Assembly: GCA_044226015.1 (NCBI GenBank)
Contig: JBGAHS010000008.1
Coordinates: forward strand, 1 to 64,000
DNA: 64,000 nt
Direction of reading: 5' to 3'
From: Candidatus Obscuribacteraceae bacterium
GTDB taxonomy: Bacteria > Cyanobacteriota > Vampirovibrionia > Obscuribacterales > Obscuribacteraceae
A model generated the notes under the pieces. That model was given only the letters and a program-made list of their open reading frames with translations, was not told where the DNA came from and did no database searches. Positions 56,678-64,000 of the stretch are shown here, one piece after another (positions within the stretch are counted from its first letter, which is position 1; each line of letters starts with the position of its first letter). The translations under genes and the position numbers were made by a program.

Positions 56678-59632
56678 CTAATTATCCGGAGCGCCCTCAC
56701 CTGCGATTCTCATTCCTTCCGCCACTGCCGCTTTGAGGTCAGGTTTAGCAGGAACATTGATTTTGATAGTCGAAACTGCCTTTGCTGAAGGTTTTCCAAA
56801 GTCCTTCTTCAAATCTCGCCATCCCATGGAATGAGCGAGATCCAGAAATTTTTTGGACTCAGCTTCATTTCCACAACTATCATATATTTCTGAAGCTAGC
56901 TCGTAAGAGTCGGCAAGGAATGGGTTCGCGTCAAGTGCGCTCTGGCAATCCGCGGCAGCTTGAACAAAGTCGCTCTGATGCAGACGAATCCGCCCGCGTG
57001 CAAGATAGTTGGGGGCAAACCCCGGAGTCAAGTCAAAAGCTTTCGTGATTAACTTCTCTGCCTCATCTTTGTTTCCCAGCAGCTCTTCCACTAGCGCCAG
57101 TAATGCATGTGATTGAGCTGATGCCGGAACACGCTTAATCGCTTTCTTTAAATCTTCCGCAGCATCATCATACTCACCCAGGGCAATTTCTGTGATCGCT
57201 TTTTGCATGAAGCCAGGACCAAAATCGGGCTCCATCGATGTTGATTTCTCGTAGTCAACGAGGGCATCTTGCCATTTTCCTGCAGCCCGATAAACCTCTG
57301 CGCGAAGCCTTGTCGCTCGCGGAGCGAATGTATCTAATCGCTCACAAAATCTCATTGCTTCGACAGCTTTGGGAACGTCGTTCTTCATTGCAAAAGCCAA
57401 GCCGAGATAAGCCCACAACTGTGAATGCTTCGGGTTGACGACCATTGCCCACTTCAGGTCTTCCATGGCAAGGTCATATTCTCCGGCGTGAATGTAAGCA
57501 AGCGCACGGTCTTGAAGCGAGAAGTAAACTGAATCTCTATCTTTTTGTCCTTCTTGAAAGAGATAACTTGTTCCAACTTCAATTGCTTTGCTCAAGTTAC
57601 CAAACTCATCATAAGTTCGGGTTAGAGTTTCTAGAGCGGTCAAATCTCCTGGAGAAATTTCAAGGCAGCGATTGATGTCTTCAATCGCACCGCGATAATT
57701 TTCCATAGCAGAAAATACCTCCCCATGATTTCGAAACCCTGCTGGGCTCTTAGGATATTGCCTCTGGAAAGTTTCTGCATCGGCAAGAGCCTTATCGTAC
57801 TGGGCAATCATCTTGTACATTCCACAGCGGGCTATTAAGGCTTGTCCACTGTACTTTGGGCTCAACTCGATAGCCTTGCTAAAGTCATTTATTGCCTCTT
57901 CTCGTTTGTCTTCCTTGCTGTAACACTGTCCTCGGTCATAATACCCCTCCCATGAATCAGGAGTTTCATTGATTACTCGCGTATATCTTTCCAGGTCTGA
58001 TTCCGAAACTCTGCGTTTCTCGAGCTCAGCCAGGTGAAAGTCAGGTCTAACCTTAGAAGCATCGTGCACCGCTGGCGGTGGCAAGCAATCAGACTTAACT
58101 CCAAGAGCCAGCAAAGTAGCAGAGTCATTGTTGCCTATCGCCCATGCAAAATAGCAAGCCTTCATGCCGCCATCCCGCGGATAACGGCGAATAATCTCCT
58201 CGAATCCTCGCCGCATTCTTTGCCAATCGAAAGATTCAAGGTTTGAAATATCTGTCATAAACAGAACCGTTTGCGCATAGAAAACATCGGCATCAGCCCC
58301 TGAACGTTTCCTGAGTTCTGCGTTTAGCAAAGCTTCTGAGTCGCCTAACTTTCCATGCCACTTTGGAAGCAAGCGATTTGCTCGAGCCCAAATGACTTCA
58401 TCAAGTTTAGGAAATCGCTTTCTGCATTCATTGTAAACCTGGTCGTACCGCTCGTTGCTCCAGCTTTGACCAAGCCCAACTTTCAATGCCCATCGATACC
58501 AATCAGCAGGACGTTTTTTTACCGACTCAAGTTGAGCCCAGGCGTCCTTCAGCCTCTGTTCAAAAAGTTTCCACCCTTCTCGTGAAACTGTATTGGAGTA
58601 TCCAGTGCCACGGGCTTGCCAGGCATAGTCAATCAAGATTGTTGCCAGAGCAATGCGTGCCGTTGGCGATTGGGGATATTTTTGCACCCAGAGACGAACA
58701 TTACTTATTCGCTTCTCTGTTTCATCCTCACTAAGATTATCTAGTCCGCAAGCATCGTATAAATGGTGTATTCTCAGGTAACCTGACGAATCAACAAGCT
58801 GCTTCAATCTTATTGAATTAGCCAACTTCTCCAGTCCGGCATAGTCGCGTTTCTCTATCAAAGAGCGAGCTGATTCTTCTATTGCTCTATCATCTTTATT
58901 ATCTTCGTTTGCTAGTTCGATGTACTGAGTCTGGTAATGCCCTGATTGCGCAGGATGAATTTTACAAGCGAGAGCAAGCAATGATTTTGCCTCTTCTCTT
59001 TTTCCTTGCTGATATCGTAAGAGCGACTGGGCAACTGTAAAATCTGCGATATGGTAGTCTTCGTCGCCAGCCATTTCACATTCATTAATTGCAAGTTTCA
59101 CATAGTTCTCAGCACTAGCATAATCTTTCTGAGAGCGGTAAATATCTGCGAGCGCTTCATAGCAATTGATTCGAAAATCAGATGGGGCATCTGGGCTTCC
59201 CGGACGAATTTTCAGCGCCTGCAAAACCTCGGTAGGCTCAGCTTTATTCAAAATCCCATAGACTATTTGAAATTTCTTGCACAAACCTATATTTAGGAGA
59301 AAACTTGCATGCCAGCTATTTAGCTTGTGCTCTACAGCGAGATTTACTCCGGTCTTGAAAGTCTGAATAGCATCAGCAAGGTCGCCTTCCAAATATTGAG
59401 CCTTACCTAAAGCATAAATTTGAGCAGCAAGAACCCTGGGGTCGACTGCGGCAGATTTCGCTTCTGCCACAGCTTTTTTGTAGTATTTGATTGCCTCTAC
59501 TGGCGACTCCTCATACATTTGATCAGCAACAACGCCAACTTTCCACCACAATGGTTGCTCAGCGTTTGCCACTTGCTGAGACAAAAGAAGCGAAACAGAT
59601 GTGGACAGAATAATCGCGCGCTTCAACAGCAT
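56678..59632 (-). CDS. Secreted TPR-repeat protein with central DUF4034-like domain
   Basis: Signal peptide; WVQKYPQS..YAWQARGTGY, LLPKWHG; many TPRs (YYDRG, AINDFSKAIELSP). Confidence 0.8.
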   Translation of the reverse strand: MLLKRAIILSTSVSLLLSQQVANAEQPLWWKVGVVADQMYEESPVEAIKYYKKAVAEAKSAAVDPRVLAAQIYALGKAQYLEGDLADAIQTFKTGVNLAVEHKLNSWHASFLLNIGLCKKFQIVYGILNKAEPTEVLQALKIRPGSPDAPSDFRINCYEALADIYRSQKDYASAENYVKLAINECEMAGDEDYHIADFTVAQSLLRYQQGKREEAKSLLALACKIHPAQSGHYQTQYIELANEDNKDDRAIEESARSLIEKRDYAGLEKLANSIRLKQLVDSSGYLRIHHLYDACGLDNLSEDETEKRISNVRLWVQKYPQSPTARIALATILIDYAWQARGTGYSNTVSREGWKLFEQRLKDAWAQLESVKKRPADWYRWALKVGLGQSWSNERYDQVYNECRKRFPKLDEVIWARANRLLPKWHGKLGDSEALLNAELRKRSGADADVFYAQTVLFMTDISNLESFDWQRMRRGFEEIIRRYPRDGGMKACYFAWAIGNNDSATLLALGVKSDCLPPPAVHDASKVRPDFHLAELEKRRVSESDLERYTRVINETPDSWEGYYDRGQCYSKEDKREEAINDFSKAIELSPKYSGQALIARCGMYKMIAQYDKALADAETFQRQYPKSPAGFRNHGEVFSAMENYRGAIEDINRCLEISPGDLTALETLTRTYDEFGNLSKAIEVGTSYLFQEGQKDRDSVYFSLQDRALAYIHAGEYDLAMEDLKWAMVVNPKHSQLWAYLGLAFAMKNDVPKAVEAMRFCERLDTFAPRATRLRAEVYRAAGKWQDALVDYEKSTSMEPDFGPGFMQKAITEIALGEYDDAAEDLKKAIKRVPASAQSHALLALVEELLGNKDEAEKLITKAFDLTPGFAPNYLARGRIRLHQSDFVQAAADCQSALDANPFLADSYELASEIYDSCGNEAESKKFLDLAHSMGWRDLKKDFGKPSAKAVSTIKINVPAKPDLKAAVAEGMRIAGEGAPDN

Positions 59633-59756
59633 ATTAGCCCCTTTTGTTCATTCTTCCAAAACTGGCAGTTTAGCAAGTAATCAGAAAAAAGAAGTCGGGA
59701 ATGGAAAAAGATGATTCAATTATCTGAGCACGACGTACATAGAAGTAACCAAGGTA

Positions 59757-60251
59757 TTGAGCGTGGGCAAAAAGAAGAAGGATTTCAAGCCTGTACCGGT
59801 AGGTGCAGATGCAACTCCAACGATCAACGAATTCAAGCGTTCGCGCTGGAAGCACTTCACCCGCTGGCTTGTTTTCGGTTTTGCTGTGTTCCTCTATATT
59901 TCACTCATGTACATGACTTTCAGCGCCCATGTCCTGCATGGGCAGGGCTTCTCCCTTAAAGAAGTTGTCGTCTACATTATGTGTTCGATTCTGATGGTCC
60001 CCATTCTGCCGTCCGTAGTCCTGGAAGTGGACTCCGTCAAAACGGACGAAGACACAATCACATTCAACAATTTGCTGTTCCGCAAAAAAGAGAAATGGGA
60101 AAACCTGATCAGTTTCTCCAATCCTATATATCTGAAGTTCGCAATTGTGAAATCCAAGAGCTTTTTCTACCTGCTTAATCGACGCGACCTACCGAATTTT
60201 GAAATGCTTGTTGAAAGAATTCGGATGAAGACAGATAAGCTCATCGAATAG
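59757..60251 (+). CDS. Hypothetical two-TM membrane protein
   Basis: Two hydrophobic helices followed by a short beta-rich domain; co-oriented with the next gene. Confidence 0.65.
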   Translation: MSVGKKKKDFKPVPVGADATPTINEFKRSRWKHFTRWLVFGFAVFLYISLMYMTFSAHVLHGQGFSLKEVVVYIMCSILMVPILPSVVLEVDSVKTDEDTITFNNLLFRKKEKWENLISFSNPIYLKFAIVKSKSFFYLLNRRDLPNFEMLVERIRMKTDKLIE

Positions 60252-60293
60252 CCGATATACTTTGACACGGCAACGGCAAACAGGACTGGAACC

Positions 60294-60722
60294 ATGTCAA
60301 AAGGAAAAATTAGAGTTCTCATCGGAAAACCCGGCTTAGACGGACACGACAGAGGCGCGAAGATAATCGCCCGTGCACTTAGGGATGCCGGCATGGAAGT
60401 CGTCTACACTGGTTTGCACCGTTCGCCCGAAGAAATCGTCGAAACAGCCATTCAGGAAGACGTTGATGCCATAGGCCTGAGCATTCTTTCCGGTGCTCAT
60501 ATGACACTTTTCCCCCGAATCGTGAACCTGCTCAAGGAACAAGGCGCAGAGGATATTCTGCTGTTTGGCGGCGGCATCATTCCAGACGAAGATAGGGAAG
60601 AATTGCTTAAACAAGGCGTAGCGGAAATTTTCGTCCCTGGCGGCGCGACCCAGAGAACAATTGAGTTTCTGAAGGAAAAGTTCGCCGCCAAGCAGGCGAA
60701 GGAAGAAGTCAGCGCGAGCTAA
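60294..60722 (+). CDS. Methylmalonyl-CoA mutase-type cobalamin-binding small subunit
   Basis: [10 protein letters not shown] (DxHxxG), [15 protein letters not shown]. Confidence 0.92.
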   Translation: MSKGKIRVLIGKPGLDGHDRGAKIIARALRDAGMEVVYTGLHRSPEEIVETAIQEDVDAIGLSILSGAHMTLFPRIVNLLKEQGAEDILLFGGGIIPDEDREELLKQGVAEIFVPGGATQRTIEFLKEKFAAKQAKEEVSAS

Positions 60723-60917
60723 AACCTCGTATGGCAAGCCTTTAGAGATTGTTAAGCGGTCTAAAAAGGGGAGGCTTTTCCAATTGATATATTGGAAGAG
60801 TCGCCAGATAATGGGTATAAAGGTGTAGAGCACTTTGGATAAAATCTTGGCAGCTTATATTAAATTTGCCTAGCAACCCCTTGAAATGCGTGTTATACTC
60901 CTTGAACTAGCTGAGAA

Positions 60918-61145
60918 GTGGAGACCACATCCGTGAGCCAACAATCCAAGAAAAAGGTTCATAAATTTGAAGACAAAGCGCTAGAAGCGCTCGGTTTTCT
61001 AGCTAAAGCTTGGACTGCTGAAATTAAGGAATGGCTGACATGTTCGCCAGCTGAAGCTCGTTCGCTCAGCGAAGAGTCTGGAGCATCGACTTTGGCGCGC
61101 ATTGCCTTGCTTGATGAAGCTGCTGCTATTTACGACACTGTCTAA
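60918..61145 (+). CDS. Small hypothetical protein
   Basis: 75-aa ORF preceded by extended -10 TGTTATACT (60891-60899) and followed by a terminator. Confidence 0.55.
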   Translation: METTSVSQQSKKKVHKFEDKALEALGFLAKAWTAEIKEWLTCSPAEARSLSEESGASTLARIALLDEAAAIYDTV

Positions 61146-61168
61146 GAAAGTAGACATTCATTTTATTG

Positions 61169-61198
61169 AAGGACTCTGAATTTATCAGGGTCTTTTTT
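61169..61198 (+). terminator. Intrinsic terminator
   Basis: AAGGACTCTGA-ATTTA-TCAGGGTCTTT plus T-tract. Confidence 0.75.
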
Positions 61199-61254
61199 GT
61201 TTACTGCTAAAATGGCAATGGCAGTGAGCCGTACCTTGTTTACTAGTTTCCCGC

Positions 61255-61869
61255 ATGTCATCAAAGCAACCAGCCTACAGGAAAGGCGACGTAGTCTTAG
61301 TCGCATTCCCCTACACGACTGATGACGGACAGACTCAAACCAAACGACGCCCAGCCGTAATTATCTCGAACGACTATAACAACGTCAGGTTAGATGACGT
61401 GTTATTGGTGCCTCTTACTAGCAACGTCACCCGCGCGCAACGCGAGCCAACACAGGTAGTCGTTGAAATGGCCACTCCCGAAGGAAAAGCAGGAGGCATC
61501 AGATTGGACAGCGTAATCGACTGTACAGTTATTGCCACCATCCCAAAAACACTGCTGGTCAATAAAATCGGCGCATTTCCAAATGAAGTAATGGAGCGCG
61601 TGGATATGTGCTTGATGATCGCGCTTTCGATTGGTCGACCAGTGCAGGAAGATCGCCCCGACCGCCCTGAAGATGGCTTTACTGACAAAGAAGAGCTTGA
61701 CCCAGCGGCACCAATTCCAGCAGAAGAGACAAGTGAATCGGCGGCGGCGGCAAAGTCCACCGAAACGGTCGTGGACAAATTCGCAAAGTTCGATAAAGTC
61801 AAATCAGATAAGCCGAACGATGAAAAGGATGGCGATAGCCCTCCCAAACGCATCTTTCGAAGAACCTGA
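61255..61869 (+). CDS. PemK/MazF-family endoribonuclease with acidic C-terminal extension
   Basis: KGDVVLVAFP, KRRPAVIIS, VPLTS, DSVI, KIG; about 78-aa extra tail. Confidence 0.88.
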   Translation: MSSKQPAYRKGDVVLVAFPYTTDDGQTQTKRRPAVIISNDYNNVRLDDVLLVPLTSNVTRAQREPTQVVVEMATPEGKAGGIRLDSVIDCTVIATIPKTLLVNKIGAFPNEVMERVDMCLMIALSIGRPVQEDRPDRPEDGFTDKEELDPAAPIPAEETSESAAAAKSTETVVDKFAKFDKVKSDKPNDEKDGDSPPKRIFRRT

Positions 61870-61881
61870 AGAGCAGCATCG

Positions 61882-62442
61882 CTAGTCATCTACCGGTATG
61901 AACGGGGTGCTTGCGACCATTCTGTCCACAACCTTCGTCAGGTCCTCCGCGCTTACGCGAGGTTCAGACTTGAACACACTAAGCAAGCCAGGTTCAGGCA
62001 TCAATGAATCGTATTGCTGAATTAGATGATGAGACAGTGTGGCATCAATCTGTTGAGCGACATCAGGGTTGCACACGCCTTCCCGCTTAAATAGTGGGTT
62101 CGGTGCTGCAAGCCCATTGCGGCTCAGTTCGCCCTTAACATCGGCACCGTAGGCAATTGAGAGATTCGGCAATAAATGCTGATCGCGCAATTCCAAATTG
62201 TCCTGCAGAGAATGCCACCAGCTAGCCGTTTCTGTAGAAGTATGTTTGCAAGCAAAATTCTTGTACTCGTCTTGAAGTTGCTGGTAAGCCTTATCAATTC
62301 CGCCAGTATGTCCGTAATCAGAATAGGTCAGGTCTGAGATTCGGTAGCCCGCATTGAATGCTTCTTGCTGGAATGGATGTTTTGCTTCGTCAGCGTTTTT
62401 TGCTCCGTCAGCCTTTGCAGCGCCGTGTTCTAAATGTCCCAT
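61882..62442 (-). CDS. Hypothetical protein
   Basis: 186-aa ORF with GGAGG upstream; no family recognised. Confidence 0.6.
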   Translation of the reverse strand: MGHLEHGAAKADGAKNADEAKHPFQQEAFNAGYRISDLTYSDYGHTGGIDKAYQQLQDEYKNFACKHTSTETASWWHSLQDNLELRDQHLLPNLSIAYGADVKGELSRNGLAAPNPLFKREGVCNPDVAQQIDATLSHHLIQQYDSLMPEPGLLSVFKSEPRVSAEDLTKVVDRMVASTPFIPVDD

Positions 62443-62547
62443 TAACCTGCCTCCATTACTGTATGAAGCAAGATTACAGATCAGGGTGTGAGAAGATTGT
62501 GAGTCTAGACCTGCACAAAAGTACAGTAATGGATTAAGGGCGAAACA

Positions 62548-63000
62548 CTACGAAAAATACGACATGTCCCTTGCGGAGGCAAAAAACCAGTTGATTGTTC
62601 TGGGGGCTGCAAATCCCAGTACAAGAAATGCGATTGCCCAAAAAATGAGCTTCAAGTCGAGCAACGAATGAGTCCCTAGTATTTTGTGTGCTTTCGAAAC
62701 GTGAACTATTGCTTTAGTAAATAGGGAAACACTGATTACCAAAAACAGTATTTCGCATCCATTAGCTATCAACGTCATAACTCTATCTTGTTCCTCAAAT
62801 CGCCTGGCTCTTGCCTCTGCATAGATCTTCATTTGCTGCTCTGTAGCATTAGACGAATTGCTTTTATCTGTGCGCGCTTTTTCACCGAGTTCTTGAGCAG
62901 TAACCGATGCCGGTAGAGCCAGACCCGACACACCAGATACGGTGCCTGCCACTGGAAGATTCTTAGTTTTCCCTGCGATTGATCTCACAAATTTCTTCAC
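62548..63000 (-). CDS. Hypothetical membrane protein
   Basis: Two C-terminal TM helices; GGGAG upstream of GTG start. Confidence 0.6.
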   Translation of the reverse strand: MKKFVRSIAGKTKNLPVAGTVSGVSGLALPASVTAQELGEKARTDKSNSSNATEQQMKIYAEARARRFEEQDRVMTLIANGCEILFLVISVSLFTKAIVHVSKAHKILGTHSLLDLKLIFWAIAFLVLGFAAPRTINWFFASARDMSYFS

Positions 63001-63013
63001 TCTCTGATCTCCC

Positions 63014-63991
63014 TCAAGTGCTTAGAGCTGTTCTTGTTTTGGGATCTCTTATCCGCCAGATCAGCGCATCCGCCAAGAAGTGATGCAGCGATGCAAAACA
63101 AAGCGCAGCAACTGCAGCTTTTGTGACGGGTATTCCAAAATGAGCAAGCCCTGTGGGTAAGGCCAGATATATGAGTAGTCCCAAAACTATCGTCTGTCCC
63201 CAGAATGAAGCGCTCCTAAAAATCGAATCCACGAGCCGCCCAGCCTTCACCGATTGTCGATCTGTATTCTTCAGATGAACCGAACCGGAAACGATAAGGT
63301 ACTGACTGGCATGGAAAAATGAAGAAGAAAACACGACAGCTAGCCCAAGCACAGGTCCCAACGTCAAAAGCACGAGCGTGCTAAACGCCAACGCCAACAC
63401 TGCAATTGGAACTCGTCGTTTATCATTTCGCAGCAAGCGATAAGAGATTAGCGCAAATGCGAAAATGGTGGCAGCCCATGCACACGCAGCCATAATCTGC
63501 CCTGCTGACTCAGGGAACAATAGCAAGGATGGTACTTTTACTCCCATCAGTTCTGTAACCGCCTTATCAGAAAAATTGCGCAGCAAACTCGTTATTGCCA
63601 TTAGAGTAAAGGCAACTTTAATTGCGACAGTTTCGCTACGGTTTGGAAGGATTTTCGCCCGCGAAAAATACATCAAGCAAATTCCATAAGACTGAGCAGT
63701 TATGTGCTGCGGCACCAGGGAGAGATAGACCTTGAGGCATATAAGGAATACCAGCGGATACAAAAGGCTGAGAACAAAGAAAAAGCCAAGAACAAGTGGC
63801 GACCACAACCACAATATTCTGTGCTTGTCGCGAAGTTCCTTCTCATTACAAATGCGCAAAACTGTTGCGGCATTATGAGGGTCGAGAAAAAAAATGGCAC
63901 CAATCTGGGTGAGAATCATGAACAAAGGAGCTGTTTTGCTGGAGAACAACACAGGGTTGGCCATTGCGAATGCAACGAGAATCCACAACAT
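63014..63991 (-). CDS. Polytopic membrane protein with His motifs; may start beyond the window edge
   Basis: Many TM segments; PHNAAT, QHITAQSYG, HASQY, HHFLADALIW; frame is open to position 64000. Confidence 0.7.
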   Translation of the reverse strand: MLWILVAFAMANPVLFSSKTAPLFMILTQIGAIFFLDPHNAATVLRICNEKELRDKHRILWLWSPLVLGFFFVLSLLYPLVFLICLKVYLSLVPQHITAQSYGICLMYFSRAKILPNRSETVAIKVAFTLMAITSLLRNFSDKAVTELMGVKVPSLLLFPESAGQIMAACAWAATIFAFALISYRLLRNDKRRVPIAVLALAFSTLVLLTLGPVLGLAVVFSSSFFHASQYLIVSGSVHLKNTDRQSVKAGRLVDSIFRSASFWGQTIVLGLLIYLALPTGLAHFGIPVTKAAVAALCFASLHHFLADALIWRIRDPKTRTALST

Positions 63992-64000
63992 GCCACCACA

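Noticed and set aside
3787..60722. pccB and the mutase B12 subunit as one cluster
   Set aside because: Same pathway but about 55 kb apart with unrelated genes between.
60336..61889. Minus-strand ORFs 60336-60833 and 61374-61889
   Set aside because: Antisense to well-supported genes; no recognisable motifs.

Overview
Bacterial chromosomal window with no phage, IS, CRISPR, rRNA or tRNA recognised. Gene style suggests a non-photosynthetic cyanobacterial relative (Vampirovibrionia/Obscuribacterales-like); this is inference only. Left to right: (1) a divergent ECF-like sigma factor followed by an un-called minus-strand gene (2070 to <1, at least 690 codons) with a zinc-finger anti-sigma N-terminus and about 33 WG motifs in a low-complexity region; (2) pccB, mgtE, an RpoD-family sigma factor, an un-called 37-aa basic peptide, trpS and an O-antigen ligase-like gene; (3) a purF-C-D-N-L-Q-M-H operon; (4) glpQ and a small-molecule or envelope-modification locus: arginase-like gene, OmpR-family two-component system, class-III aminotransferase, HAD phosphatase, a 17-bp x13 tandem array and an esterase fusion, in which two promoters share a direct-repeat box; (5) a trypsin-like protease-ricin lectin fusion plus a free lectin paralog; (6) MarR-GNAT with a 34-bp perfect operator, PhzF, a GT2-GT92 fusion and an MFS transporter; (7) a leaderless MerR-like HTH / VIT-vWA operon with an array of ACTGTCA sites; (8) a metal (probably zinc) starvation island with TonB, a TonB-dependent receptor carrying a coiled-coil insert, two Fur/Zur paralogs, decaying COG0523 genes and L33; (9) a cytochrome c-Ig fusion, a TPR-DUF4034 protein, a mutase B12-binding subunit, a MazF-like gene with an acidic tail, and membrane proteins.
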